NCBI GenBank assembly: GCA_963775425.1
Contig: CAVZJB010000013.1
Location: forward strand, 32,001 to 96,000
DNA: 64,000 nucleotides
Direction: 5' to 3'
From: an uncultured delta proteobacterium
Lineage (GTDB): Bacteria > Myxococcota > UBA727 > VGSZ01
In this document: positions 39,436 to 51,275 of the stretch, in pieces
Numbering within the stretch: position 1 is the stretch's first letter
How the letters are laid out: each line of letters opens with the position of its first letter
Notes under the pieces: generated by a model
Databases searched by the model: none
What the model was told of the DNA's origin: nothing
Seen by the model: only the letters and a program-made list of their open reading frames with translations
Translations under genes and position numbers: made by a program

Positions 39436-40266
39436 ATGCGCGCGCCCGTCGCCCTCCTCGCCTCCGCACTCACCGCCGCCGTCTGCGCCGCCGCCTGCGC
39501 CACCGACCGGGGGTACGGCGCCATCACCACCACGTGGGACCAGGCCACGCCCACCGAGCACGACGCGAGCAAGGACCCGGCCCCGACGGGCCGCCTCACC
39601 GCGACGCAGGCGGCGGCCGCGTACAAGACCGCCGCGGCGTGCGCCGCCGGCGCCAAGGCCTACTGGGCCAAGAGCCCGCACGCCGGGGCGGTGCTGTTGA
39701 AGGCCTGCGTCCACCGCGACGACTTCATCGACCTCGACGTCATCCTGCGCGGGCCGTGGGCCGCGGACATGCGCAAGGCCGAGCCGCTGCAGCTCATCGC
39801 CGCCGAGGTCATCGCCCATCGGGGCGGCTTCGTGGAGGCGGACACCGGGGCGGCGCGCGCCGCCGGCATCCCGCTGTACGACGTCACCACCGCCAGCGAG
39901 CAGGGCGACAAGGCCGTCGGCAAGCTCGTCCTGGTGCGCGGCGCCGTCGACGCCGTGGCCAAGGAGAAGATCGGCGGCTCGGAGGTCACGGTGGCGCGCG
40001 TGCAGGAGTCCTCGTGGGTGGACCCGGACGCCACCGACGAGGAGAGCGGGGCGCTCCCCGTGCGCGAAGACGTCGACGACACCGGCCGCAGCGTCTTCGC
40101 CCGCGTCGAAAACCGCGACCCGCGCTTCACCCGCGACCACGCCCTGGTGTTCGCGATGCGCCTCGACGGCCCCAAGAAGTACAAGGACGAAGCCGGCGAG
40201 GAGCACGACAGCCTCATCGGCGTCGCCGTCGGCATCTACGACGCCGCCTCGCGCATCCGCAGATAG
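39436..40266 (+). CDS. Hypothetical lipoprotein
   Basis: Signal peptide with AAAC lipobox-like motif. Confidence 0.7.
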   Translation: MRAPVALLASALTAAVCAAACATDRGYGAITTTWDQATPTEHDASKDPAPTGRLTATQAAAAYKTAAACAAGAKAYWAKSPHAGAVLLKACVHRDDFIDLDVILRGPWAADMRKAEPLQLIAAEVIAHRGGFVEADTGAARAAGIPLYDVTTASEQGDKAVGKLVLVRGAVDAVAKEKIGGSEVTVARVQESSWVDPDATDEESGALPVREDVDDTGRSVFARVENRDPRFTRDHALVFAMRLDGPKKYKDEAGEEHDSLIGVAVGIYDAASRIRR

Positions 40267-40272
40267 GCCCGC

Positions 40273-40911
40273 TCAGGGCAACGCGAGCTTGTTGCGCAGC
40301 GCTGCGTCGAGCGTGGTGAAGGCGCGGGTGCGGGCGTCTTCCTCGTCGTCGCGGACGCTCATCCCCCAGGTCACGAGCGCGCCGCCGCCGACCACGCCGA
40401 CGAGGATGGCCCCGACGCCGGCGACGAAGCGGGCGTCGAGCGAGTTACCCTGGTCGTTCAAGCCCTGCTCCAGCAGGTACGACGCGACGAGGCCGGCGCC
40501 GGCGCCCGCGCCCACGCCCGCCGTGGCCATGCCGGCGCCGGTGATGACGTCGGCGCGGCCGCGGGCGTCGACGGAGGCGTCGATGGCGGCGGCGGTGGCG
40601 CTGCCGTCGACGACGAGGGGCCGCAGGTCCTCGACGTACGCCACGCGCACGCCGTTGTGCAGGTGGACCGCCTTGCGCGTGAACGTGGGCTTGTCCTCGA
40701 ACATCCTCGTGCGCACCGCGAATTCGCCGCGCTCCGGCGGCTCCGGGCGGTGCTGCTCGTAGTACGACGTGCGCAGCGCCTCGGGCGCCGACGCCGGCGG
40801 CGGCGCGTCGAGCATCACGTGCGCCGGGCAGCCGGGCCCCGCGACCACCACGACGACGACAGCGGCGATGACGGCGGCGGCGGCGGCGCGGGCGCGGGCG
40901 CGGGCAGGCAT
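40273..40911 (-). CDS. Hypothetical lipoprotein with two C-terminal Gly-rich TM segments
   Basis: Hydrophobic leader ending GPGC; glycine-zipper-like helices. Confidence 0.65.
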   Translation of the reverse strand: MPARARARAAAAAVIAAVVVVVVAGPGCPAHVMLDAPPPASAPEALRTSYYEQHRPEPPERGEFAVRTRMFEDKPTFTRKAVHLHNGVRVAYVEDLRPLVVDGSATAAAIDASVDARGRADVITGAGMATAGVGAGAGAGLVASYLLEQGLNDQGNSLDARFVAGVGAILVGVVGGGALVTWGMSVRDDEEDARTRAFTTLDAALRNKLALP

Positions 40912-41003
40912 GTCGCGTCGATCGCGTCGACGGCCGCGGGTGTCAACCGGAGGCAGGGCGCGGCCGCGTTGACCGTCCGTGGGGCCGCGTGTAGCAACGG
41001 GCC

Positions 41004-42578
<1,575 letters not shown>

Positions 42579-42679
42579 GCGCCCGCAGGCCGCGACGCCT
42601 CTCGGTCCGCTCTGAGCATCTGTGTGGGTTGCACCGCCGGTGGTCGCGGGGCATGAGCTTCGTTCGCCTGAAGGATCCC

Positions 42680-45600
42680 ATGAAGTCTTGTCGCACCGCC
42701 GCCGCCACCGCCTCCTCCGTCGCCGCCGTCGCCGCGGCCGTCCTCGCCCTGGTCGCGGTGAGCGGCTGTCCCGCGCCCGAGTGCGTGGTGAACGGCGAGC
42801 ACCACGAAGGCGGGAGCACGTTCCCCTCCGACGACGGCTGCAACACCTGCGCGTGCGGCGACGACGGCACCGTCACCTGCACGACGCGCGCGTGCGCCGG
42901 CGAGGGAGAGGGCGAAGGAGAAGGGGAGGGCGAGGGAGAAGGCGAGGGCGAGGGCGAGGGCGAGGGAGAAGAGAGCCTCGTGACGCCCATCCCCGACGTC
43001 GATTGCACGCTCGGAGTGACGGGGCCGGGCTCGTTCGCCGTCGTCGGCGTCCCGGGTACGGCGTGGTCGCTGGTGCGCGCGCCCATCGGCGCCCACGCCG
43101 CGCTCGACGTCCTCGAGGGGACGCAGACGGTGCTCACCGCCGACGCCTTCGGCCTGTACGTCGTGCGCGCCACCGTCGGCGGCGCCAGCAGCGACTGTCT
43201 GGTGCGCAACCTGCCGACGTCGGAGCTGGCGGTGGAGATGTCGTGGGATCGCAACAAGGGCGACCTCGATCTCCACGTCACCAAGGCCGACGACGCGGGC
43301 CAGCTCTGCTTCACGGGCGCCTCCACCGGCTCCGTCATCCCGCCGCCGCTCGCGGACTGCGCCAACGACCTCGACTGCAACTACCAGAACTGCAAGGACA
43401 ACTCCTTCAACGCCGCCCCCGAGTGGGACGGCGTCGCCGGGCGCAGCGCCGGCGACCCCGTGCTCGCCATCGACGACCTCGACGGCTTCGGCCCCGAGGT
43501 CATCGAGGCGGACACCCTCCCCGACGGCACCTACGCCGTCCTCGTGAACGAGTTCACCGCGCCGCCGCAGCCGACGGACGCCACGGTGCGCCTGTGGGTG
43601 CGCGGGCAGCTCGTCGCGTCGCGCACCGACACGTTCGGCGCCGTGGGCGCGGTCGGCGCCACGATGCGCTTCGTCGTCTCCGGCAACCAGGTCTGCGTCG
43701 ACGACCTCTCCGGGGCAGCTCCGCTGTGCGCGGACGCGCCGAGCTGCGCGCCCGCCGACACCTGCGCGCAGTGCACCGTGGACGGCGACGGCGGCGTGGA
43801 CGGCGCCGACGGCTGCGGCGTCGGCGTCCGCTGCGACGCCCAGGCGACCGCGTGCGTGCCCGACGTGCCGCTGTGCACCGGGACCGCCGACTGCGTGCAG
43901 AGCCTGAGCTGTAGCGCGGCGACGGACACATGCGTCGAGGCCGCGTGCACCACCGACGCCGACTGCGGCCCCGTCGGCACGGGCCTGGTCTGCGACACCT
44001 CCGTCGGCGCTTGCATCTCGAGCGGCAGCACCTGCACGGAGGACGACGAGCCCAACAACAGCGCGGCCGACGCCGTCGCCGTCGACAACGGCGCGTACGC
44101 CGGCGTGCTGTGCCGCGGCGACGTCGACTTCGTGTCCTTCCCGGTGGAGCCGAACAAGCGCTACACCGTCACCGTCGACCTCGGCGGCGCGGGCGAGCCC
44201 GGCATCACCGCAGCCATCGTCGACGCGCAGGGCGTGGAGCGCCGCAACGCGGTGTTCGGCACCATCGATTCGGCGGTGACGCTCAGCTTCGTGTCGGGCA
44301 CCGCGGACACCGGCGACCTCTTCGTGGTCGTCACCGGGAGCGCCGTCACGCGCGACGCGTGGAACTACACCGTCGCCGTCGACGTGCAGGACGGCCCGCC
44401 GCCGCCGGACTGCTCCACGGGCGCCACCACCGGCGAGCCCAACGACGACTTCGATCACGCCACCGCGCTCGCCACCGGCACACCCAGGACCTTCGCGCGC
44501 TGCGGCAGCACCGACGTCGACTTCTACCGCGTCGACGTCGCGCCGCTTCACGGGCTCAGCGTCGACGTCAACGGCTTCTTCGCCGAGGACGGCAAGCTCA
44601 AGGTCGAGATCTTCGGCGCCCCGGACGGCGGCGCGCGCCTCGCCATCGGCAACACGGTCGACGACGACGCCAGCGCCGAAGCGCCCGAGGGGAGCACCAC
44701 CTACTACGTGGCGGTGTCGGCGCAGACGACGGGGGCGGCGGTCGATCAGAGCTACACCATCACCGCCACCGAGGTCGCGCGGCCGGCGGCCTGCGACGCC
44801 GACGTCAACGAGCCCGACGGCACCGTGGACACCGCGGGGGCGCTGACGCTCACCGCGGGCACGGGCGGCGCGCTCGGGGCCACGCTCGACTCCATCCGCT
44901 GCGACACCGGCGACGTCGACGACGTCGCCTTCACCCTGCCCGCCAACCTCGGCGGCACCGTCACCGTCACGTTCGACCAGAGCGAGGGCAACCTCGCGCT
45001 CGACCTGCTCGACACCGACGGCAACGTCATCGACACGTCGAACTCGTCGTCGACGAACACCCCGGTGGAGCAGGTGGAGGTGCCCGTCGCCGCCACCGAT
45101 ACGGACTTCATCGCGCGCGTCCGACTGGCGTCCGCCAGCTCGGCGGTGGCGCAGGCGTACCACCTCGAGGTCGCCACGTTCGACGGCGCGGTGTGCCTCG
45201 CTTCGGAGCCCGTCTCCGACGACACGTTCGACGACGGCACCTGCATCGGCGACTTCGCCCCGCTGTCGACGCCGTGCAGGAACGACGCGGCGCGCCTCGC
45301 GGAGCCGCTCGAGCCGGGCGACCTGGCGACCTGCGCGGCCGCGACGGACGGCACCGTGGCCGGCTGCGGCCGCGTCTGCGGCGGCAACGACACCGACGTG
45401 TTCCGCGTCGGCCCGCTCGCGGACCAGCAGGTGCTCCACGCGGTGCTCGACTTCGATCCCGCCGACGGCGCGCTGGCGCTCGTGCGGCAATTGCAAAACA
45501 CCTCGGGCACCATCTCCGAGAGCGCCACCGGTGACACCGACGGCGACGGGCACATCGAGCTGTCCTTCGTGGCGCCGCCGGGCACGCCCAAGGAGTACGC

Positions 45601-46099
45601 CGTGCGCGTGAAGACCTCGGGGAGCATCGGCCACCAGGTCGAGCGCTACGCCCTCGCCGTCGAGGTGGGCGTGCCGTGCTTCGCCGACGAGGCCGACATC
45701 GACGGCGGCGAGAACGGCTCGCCCGCGACGTCCACCGTGATCCGCCCCGTCCCCGAGGCGGGCACACCGTTTTCGTTCGACAGCACCACCGCGCTCGACC
45801 CGGCGTCGAGCCGCTGCAACAACGACACCGACGTCTACGAGCTGTTGTCGTTCGCGGGCGAGACCGTCTCGGTCTCGTTCACGCCGGCGGACACCTCGCC
45901 GGGCGGCCTCGTGGCCGACATCGGCACGCGCCCGGCCAACCTCAACGACGACGCCGTCGTCGTCGCCACCGCCGACGACTCCGGCACGCCGGCGACGTTC
46001 GCGAACCCGGTGACGCAGGTCCTCTACGTGACGGTCCACGCGCCCACGGGCGTGCTCGCCACCGGCCCCTACGCCCTCGTCGTCACGACCGCCCCGTAG
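42680..46099 (+). CDS. Large Cys-rich lipoprotein: pacifastin/VWC-like module, (GE)n linker, YfaP/DUF2135-like domain, several PPC-like domains
   Basis: Lipobox VSGC; DGCNTCAC..G.V.CT..AC; DLDLHV...DD.DGFGPE; repeated EPN(N/D)...D.D(F/Y) units. Confidence 0.8.
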   Translation: MKSCRTAAATASSVAAVAAAVLALVAVSGCPAPECVVNGEHHEGGSTFPSDDGCNTCACGDDGTVTCTTRACAGEGEGEGEGEGEGEGEGEGEGEGEESLVTPIPDVDCTLGVTGPGSFAVVGVPGTAWSLVRAPIGAHAALDVLEGTQTVLTADAFGLYVVRATVGGASSDCLVRNLPTSELAVEMSWDRNKGDLDLHVTKADDAGQLCFTGASTGSVIPPPLADCANDLDCNYQNCKDNSFNAAPEWDGVAGRSAGDPVLAIDDLDGFGPEVIEADTLPDGTYAVLVNEFTAPPQPTDATVRLWVRGQLVASRTDTFGAVGAVGATMRFVVSGNQVCVDDLSGAAPLCADAPSCAPADTCAQCTVDGDGGVDGADGCGVGVRCDAQATACVPDVPLCTGTADCVQSLSCSAATDTCVEAACTTDADCGPVGTGLVCDTSVGACISSGSTCTEDDEPNNSAADAVAVDNGAYAGVLCRGDVDFVSFPVEPNKRYTVTVDLGGAGEPGITAAIVDAQGVERRNAVFGTIDSAVTLSFVSGTADTGDLFVVVTGSAVTRDAWNYTVAVDVQDGPPPPDCSTGATTGEPNDDFDHATALATGTPRTFARCGSTDVDFYRVDVAPLHGLSVDVNGFFAEDGKLKVEIFGAPDGGARLAIGNTVDDDASAEAPEGSTTYYVAVSAQTTGAAVDQSYTITATEVARPAACDADVNEPDGTVDTAGALTLTAGTGGALGATLDSIRCDTGDVDDVAFTLPANLGGTVTVTFDQSEGNLALDLLDTDGNVIDTSNSSSTNTPVEQVEVPVAATDTDFIARVRLASASSAVAQAYHLEVATFDGAVCLASEPVSDDTFDDGTCIGDFAPLSTPCRNDAARLAEPLEPGDLATCAAATDGTVAGCGRVCGGNDTDVFRVGPLADQQVLHAVLDFDPADGALALVRQLQNTSGTISESATGDTDGDGHIELSFVAPPGTPKEYAVRVKTSGSIGHQVERYALAVEVGVPCFADEADIDGGENGSPATSTVIRPVPEAGTPFSFDSTTALDPASSRCNNDTDVYELLSFAGETVSVSFTPADTSPGGLVADIGTRPANLNDDAVVVATADDSGTPATFANPVTQVLYVTVHAPTGVLATGPYALVVTTAP
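42899..42973 (+). repeat. (Gly-Glu)n coding repeat
   Basis: About 12 GE units. Confidence 0.9.
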
Positions 46100-46241
46100 C
46101 GTCCCCGGCGCCCCCCCGGCCGCGTGACCGCGCGCACGCGATCTCGCCGCGTTTGGACGCCGTGAAACGGGCGCCGCGGGGATCGCGCAACGCTCGTGGC
46201 GATCCGCCGAAAACCTGCCCACATGTAGGTGGGGAGGCGAC

Positions 46242-48203
46242 ATGCCGGTTGCGCTGCGGGTCCTGACTGATGCCAAGCCCTTCCTCGCGCCCCTCGCGGC
46301 GACGAAGGACAAGGACGCCAAGGCGGTGCTCGACGCCGCCTTGCGCGAGGCCGCGTCCGTCGACGGCGACCGCTGCGTCGACGCGTTCGAGGCCGAGGCC
46401 GTGCGGCAGGCCTTCGACGCGGTGAAGCCCCAGGGCGGCGCGCTCACCCTCCCCGAGGCCCAGCAGCTCAAAAGCGCCCTCGACGTCCGGCTCGGCCAGC
46501 TCCGCGAGGCGCGGCCCAAGACCACCGACGTGGTGTTCACGTCGACGGGCAACGCCACCCAGGTGTTCCGCGACAAGATCCTCGGCGGCGTCGACGAGGT
46601 GCTCGCCCGCGCCAACGGCAAGCCCGCGGACCTCAACGTGCTCCTGTTCGCCTTCACCGACAAGGTGCTCGCCGACGGCCTCGCCGACCGCTGCCGCAAC
46701 AACCCCAACCTCACCGTGCGGGTGCTCACCGACTGGAGCGACCTCGCCTCGAGCGGCGGGCGCCAGGCGCCGCGCCTCGCCAAGATGAACCTCCCGAACC
46801 TCCTCGTGAAGTTCAAGGCGGACAACCCCTACTCGTGGAGCGCGTCGCGCGCCGGCCCGGTCTACAACCACGGCGCCACCGAGGGCCTGAACCACCACAA
46901 GGGCTTCGTCGCGCTCGTCGACGGGAGGCCGGAGAAGATGGCCCTCGGCTCCTTCAACTGGTCCGAGCAGGCCATGGAGAAGAACCTCGAGAACCTCATG
47001 GCCCTCGACCGCGGCGACGTCGACAACCGCGCGCCGATGGAGGCGTACGAGAAGGAGTTCGAGGGGTTCTGGAACGACGACAAGGCCGCGCTCTCCTACG
47101 CCGAGGCCCTGCGCGCCCGCGAGGACGCCTACGCCGCGCTCGCCGCCGCCAACCACGGCAGCTACGTCAGGAGGCCCGTCACCGCCGCCGACATCGCCGA
47201 CCCGGTCTACGCGCCCGCCGACAACACCGACTTCGTCGACGTCAACTCCTTCCGCGACGCCGACGCCGACAGGCTCCAGTCCATCCTCGGCAAGGGCGTC
47301 GCCGAGAAGGTCTGGCGCGAGCTCGCGTACAACGGCCGCTTCGACACGCTCGACGAGCTCAAGGAGCGCGTGCCCGAGGTGGCGTCGCTGTCGGCGGAGA
47401 AGCTGCAGGCGCTCGCCGACAAGGCCGAGCTCGGCGACGGCAGCCTCAGCATCAACACCGCCAACGTCGAGGAGCTCGACCGCGCCGGCTTCTCGCGGCG
47501 CCAGGCCGAGAAGCTCGTGGCGTACCGCGACAAGTACGGGGCGCTGGAGAACCTCGACGAGGCGCACTTCGCGTCGGGCATCGGCAAGAGCCGGCTCGAG
47601 AAGATCGGCATCTCGCTGTCGGACGACGAGGCCCGCGGCTTCTTCTCCGCGCGCCGCCCCGGCGGCAGCGCGACCACGGGCTGGGACGCGGGCAACCGCG
47701 CCAGCGTCAACGTGCCCAAGGACCCCGCCCAACAGACCGTGGACCCCAACGCGCCGCTCAACCGCAGCGAGCTCGAGGCCATGGATCCCACGCTCGCGGC
47801 GCCCGTCACCGACATGCTGCGGCGCGCGCCCGCCGGCGAGACCTTCCGCTTCGCCATGTACGGCGTCTCCGACAGCAGCCCGGAGTTCAAGGAGATGGAG
47901 GCGGCGGCGAAGCGCGGCGTGAAGATCCGCGCGGTGCTCTACAACGCGTACAACAAGCCCGCCATCGACGCGCTCAAAGCGCTCAAGGCGCAGGGCTGCG
48001 ACGTGGAGCTGAAGATCATCTCGTCGCGCGTGATGCACGAGAAGTTCGGCGTGTGTGGCGACGACGTGTGGAACGGCTCGGCCAACATGTCGCTGTCGTC
48101 CATCACCAAGCACACCGAGGACCGCTTCTACTTCCGCAACATGCCGAACCTGGCGCAGAAGTTCGTCGAGGAGTTCGACCGCCTCTGGGCGCTCGGTCAC
48201 TGA
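46242..48203 (+). CDS. Phospholipase D/nuclease-family protein with internal ComEA-like helix-hairpin-helix domains
   Basis: HHK...GSFNWS and MHEKFGVCGD...GSANMS motifs flanking SINTANVEEL...A.K.VAYR.KYG. Confidence 0.85.
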   Translation: MPVALRVLTDAKPFLAPLAATKDKDAKAVLDAALREAASVDGDRCVDAFEAEAVRQAFDAVKPQGGALTLPEAQQLKSALDVRLGQLREARPKTTDVVFTSTGNATQVFRDKILGGVDEVLARANGKPADLNVLLFAFTDKVLADGLADRCRNNPNLTVRVLTDWSDLASSGGRQAPRLAKMNLPNLLVKFKADNPYSWSASRAGPVYNHGATEGLNHHKGFVALVDGRPEKMALGSFNWSEQAMEKNLENLMALDRGDVDNRAPMEAYEKEFEGFWNDDKAALSYAEALRAREDAYAALAAANHGSYVRRPVTAADIADPVYAPADNTDFVDVNSFRDADADRLQSILGKGVAEKVWRELAYNGRFDTLDELKERVPEVASLSAEKLQALADKAELGDGSLSINTANVEELDRAGFSRRQAEKLVAYRDKYGALENLDEAHFASGIGKSRLEKIGISLSDDEARGFFSARRPGGSATTGWDAGNRASVNVPKDPAQQTVDPNAPLNRSELEAMDPTLAAPVTDMLRRAPAGETFRFAMYGVSDSSPEFKEMEAAAKRGVKIRAVLYNAYNKPAIDALKALKAQGCDVELKIISSRVMHEKFGVCGDDVWNGSANMSLSSITKHTEDRFYFRNMPNLAQKFVEEFDRLWALGH

Positions 48204-48297
48204 TCGCGCCGCGCGCGTCGACGCGGTACGTCCGCGCCCCCTGACAAGACGAGGGGCGCCTCGCGGCGCGCCTCGTCTTCTCCCTGGGAGCGAACGC

Positions 48298-48987
48298 TCA
48301 GGCGTGGCTTCTCGTGGCGACGCCGCCGCCGAGGACCAGCCCGCCGAGGAACGCCGCCGAGCCCACCGCGAGGATGGAGACGAGCGTGAAGAGCACCTGA
48401 TGCGGGTTGCCCACCGCCGTGAGACCGAGGATCCCGAGGATCACCGCGGCCATGCCGGCGACGGGGCGCGCGGCGGCGTAGCTGGCCACGAGCGCTCGCG
48501 TGCCGACGTCGTCGTGGCGGCGCGCCGGTCCGGAGAGCATGCCGAAGGTGAACGCCCCGCCCGTGGTGAGGACGAACGCCGCGCCGTAGCAGATGGTCGC
48601 GATGTTGAGCAGGATCACCGGGGCGATGTTGACGAGGGCGAGGATGCCGAGGGTGACCGCGGCCGCGCCGCCGATGAACTCGACGCTCAACGCGCCGCCT
48701 CCGGCGAGCTTCCTCATGGCGTCGAGCTGTCCCCGCTCCTTGCGGTAGCGGTTGCCGATGCCGATGCCTTCGAGCAGCAGCGTGGTCCCGATGGCGATGA
48801 CGGCGATGGAGGTGAGGACGCGCGGCCAACCGCCGGCGAACGAGATGATGGCGAGGACGACGGCGCCCGCGCCGATGATGGAGGAGAGGCCGAAGCCGCC
48901 GGCGTTGACGCCGACGTGCGCCCGGCGCTCGGTGTACCCCGTCGGGGGAGCCATTCGCTGTTCGTGGGTCTGTTCATACGTGGTCAT
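48298..48987 (-). CDS. Hypothetical integral membrane protein (about 6 TM, three repeated hairpins)
   Basis: Three similar GxxAVxLxIL hairpins; GGAG RBS. Confidence 0.75.
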   Translation of the reverse strand: MTTYEQTHEQRMAPPTGYTERRAHVGVNAGGFGLSSIIGAGAVVLAIISFAGGWPRVLTSIAVIAIGTTLLLEGIGIGNRYRKERGQLDAMRKLAGGGALSVEFIGGAAAVTLGILALVNIAPVILLNIATICYGAAFVLTTGGAFTFGMLSGPARRHDDVGTRALVASYAAARPVAGMAAVILGILGLTAVGNPHQVLFTLVSILAVGSAAFLGGLVLGGGVATRSHA

Positions 48988-49019
48988 TTTTGACTCCGTG
49001 AGATGTCGACGACGAAACC

Positions 49020-49035
49020 TGCAACGACCGATCCA
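49020..49035 (-). promoter_or_regulatory. Putative sigma54 promoter
   Basis: TGGATCG-GTCG-TTGCA (GG-N10-GC) about 32 bp upstream of the 48987 start. Confidence 0.55.
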
Positions 49036-49178
49036 TCACCCGGTCCCGCGGGAGAAGCTCGTCGACGACGAGGGCCGCCGCGGCGACGAGCCGCGCCGCG
49101 ATCGGGCGGTGCGCGTTGCAACGGCGCTGTGCGATCATCACCGGATTGACGTCGACGCCGGCGCGTAGGATGCCGTCC

Positions 49179-49730
49179 ATGATGCAGCACCCGAAGATGA
49201 AGTTCATCGCCACGCTTGGCGACGCCCAGCACGTGATCGAGTGCCAGCGCGACGAGAACAACACCGACGTCTTCCACATGACGCTCGACGGCAAGCACTA
49301 CGATGTGGACGCCCGGCGGATGCCGTCCCAGATCGTCCACATCCTGATGGACAACCACTCCTACGACGTCGACCTCGAGCGCCTCGCCAAGAAGAGCGAC
49401 ACCCTCGACGGCCGCATCCACGTCCGCGTGCGCGGCCGCGTGCTCCGCTTCGAGATCCTCGACGAGCGCCGCATCAAGATGAAGGAGGCGCAGGGCTTCC
49501 GCTTCGACGTCGGCGGCGTCGCCAACATCGACTCGCCCATGCCGGGCAAGGTCATCAAGATCTTGAAGAGCGAGGGCGACGAGGTGAAGGAGGGCGAGGG
49601 CATCATCGTCGTGGAGGCGATGAAGATGGAAAACGAGCTGCGCTCGCCCAAGGCCGGCAAGGTCCGCGACATCAAGGTCAAGGAGGGCGACGCCGTCGAA
49701 GCCGGCGCCCGCCTGGCGCAGATCGAGTAG
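49179..49730 (+). CDS. Biotin carboxyl carrier protein with N-terminal BT-like domain
   Basis: SPMPGKV, EAMKMENE biotinylation motif; several possible Met starts between 49170 and 49197. Confidence 0.92.
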   Translation: MMQHPKMKFIATLGDAQHVIECQRDENNTDVFHMTLDGKHYDVDARRMPSQIVHILMDNHSYDVDLERLAKKSDTLDGRIHVRVRGRVLRFEILDERRIKMKEAQGFRFDVGGVANIDSPMPGKVIKILKSEGDEVKEGEGIIVVEAMKMENELRSPKAGKVRDIKVKEGDAVEAGARLAQIE

Positions 49731-49739
49731 GCGGCGCGC

Positions 49740-50504
49740 CTAGCGCTCGAGCTCGCCCTCGACGCGCTGCAGCCGCCCGTCGTCGACGTCGCCGACCAGC
49801 GTGTACAGCTCGCCGCCGGTCTCGATGACCCGCACGGCGAGCCCGTCCTGCGACATGGAAAATGGTGCGTGGACGCCCGCGGCGAGGCTGCCGTCGGGGT
49901 CGGCGAGCGCGGTGACGCTCAGGCGCTGGCCGTAGCCGCCGGTGTACACGAGCTGGGCGCCGCGGTGCTCGGCCACGTCGACGACGCGGGCGCCGCGCAG
50001 GCCGAAGCCGTGCGGATCGAGGCGCGGCACGCGCAAGGGGCCGACGCGCGCGGCGAGGAACTCCTGCACGCGGCGCGGATCCGGGGAGGCCACGTCGACC
50101 GGCAGGTCCAGGCGGTGCCGCTCGACGGCCGCGCGCAGCACCGCGGAGGGCCCGGGGGGCGCCGCCTGGTGGGCCGGCACGAGGACGAAGACGGCGGCGG
50201 CCGCGGCGGCGACGCCGGCGAAGAAGATGCCGGCCCGGGCCAGCCGGCCCCGGCGGGCGACCGCGCGGACGTCTCTTTTGATCTGGGCCTCGAGCGCGGG
50301 CGGCAGCGTGGGCCGCGGGGCGCGGGCCACCGCCCGCTTCAGGGCCTCCAGCGAGGCCAGGCGGGCGCGGCAGGCATCGCAGGACTGGATGTGGGCCCGC
50401 ACGGCGGCGCGGTCGTCCTCCAGCAGCTCGCCGTCGACGCAGGTCGACAGCAAGGGCTCCACGTCGCGGCAGGCGGTCAGGGCGCGTGCGGTCACGGAGG
50501 TCAC
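49740..50504 (-). CDS. Membrane-anchored zinc-finger (zf-HC2) anti-sigma factor
   Basis: C......LS..VDGEL...H...CDAC, one TM helix, periplasmic domain; downstream of an ECF sigma gene. Confidence 0.88.
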   Translation of the reverse strand: MTSVTARALTACRDVEPLLSTCVDGELLEDDRAAVRAHIQSCDACRARLASLEALKRAVARAPRPTLPPALEAQIKRDVRAVARRGRLARAGIFFAGVAAAAAAVFVLVPAHQAAPPGPSAVLRAAVERHRLDLPVDVASPDPRRVQEFLAARVGPLRVPRLDPHGFGLRGARVVDVAEHRGAQLVYTGGYGQRLSVTALADPDGSLAAGVHAPFSMSQDGLAVRVIETGGELYTLVGDVDDGRLQRVEGELER

Positions 50505-50575
50505 AGTCTCACCTCTCCCCGGTCGCTGGTTCAACGAGGGGGAGCGGTCCGTTCTTCCCGTGACAGGTGCGCGGG

Positions 50576-51229
50576 CTATTTGCGCGCGCGGCGCTTGCGG
50601 TAGTCGTCCAGGGAGAGGGGCCCGTCGGCGCCGCCGTCCAGGGTCGGGTGGAGGACGCCGGACTCGACCGCGTAGTCGAACAGCTCCTCCTGCAGGATGC
50701 GGCGGCCGCGGAACAGGCGGGACATCACGGTGCCCACGGGGATCTCGCAGATGTCGGCGATCTCCTTGTACGAGAAGCCCTCGACGTCGGAGAGGACCAC
50801 CACGGTGCGGAAGTCCACGGGGACCCGCTCGAGGGCCTGCAGCACCTCGTCGCCGAGGCTCTTGTCGACGAGCGCGCCCTCGGGGTCGACGGTGGCGCGC
50901 TTGCTCGGCAGGTGGATGAGGTTCTGCTCCGCCGTCTGCTGGTGCTCGCCCTCGAGGATCTCGCGCTCCTTCACGCGGCGGCGGTACTTGTTGATGAACG
51001 CGTTGGTGAGGATGCGGAACAGCCACGCCTTGCAGTTGGTCCCGGGCTCGAACTGGTCGAACGCGCGGTAGGCCTTGAGATAGGTCTCCTGCACCAGATC
51101 TGCGGCGTCGTCCGGAGAGCGCGTGAGGCGCATCGCCGCTCCGTACAGCGCGCGCCCGTGGGGCAGCGCCTCGGTTTCGAAGAGCTTCTCCTTCTTCGAC
51201 GTCAGACCGATCAGAGAGCCAAGTCCCAT
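50576..51229 (-). CDS. ECF RNA polymerase sigma factor
   Basis: DAADLVQETYLKA, AWLFRILTN, SYKEIA.I.EIPVGTVMSRL.RGR. Confidence 0.95.
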   Translation of the reverse strand: MGLGSLIGLTSKKEKLFETEALPHGRALYGAAMRLTRSPDDAADLVQETYLKAYRAFDQFEPGTNCKAWLFRILTNAFINKYRRRVKEREILEGEHQQTAEQNLIHLPSKRATVDPEGALVDKSLGDEVLQALERVPVDFRTVVVLSDVEGFSYKEIADICEIPVGTVMSRLFRGRRILQEELFDYAVESGVLHPTLDGGADGPLSLDDYRKRRARK

Positions 51230-51275
51230 CGCGCCACCTCGTGCCCACCGTGTTTCCACACCGTGTGCCATCTCG

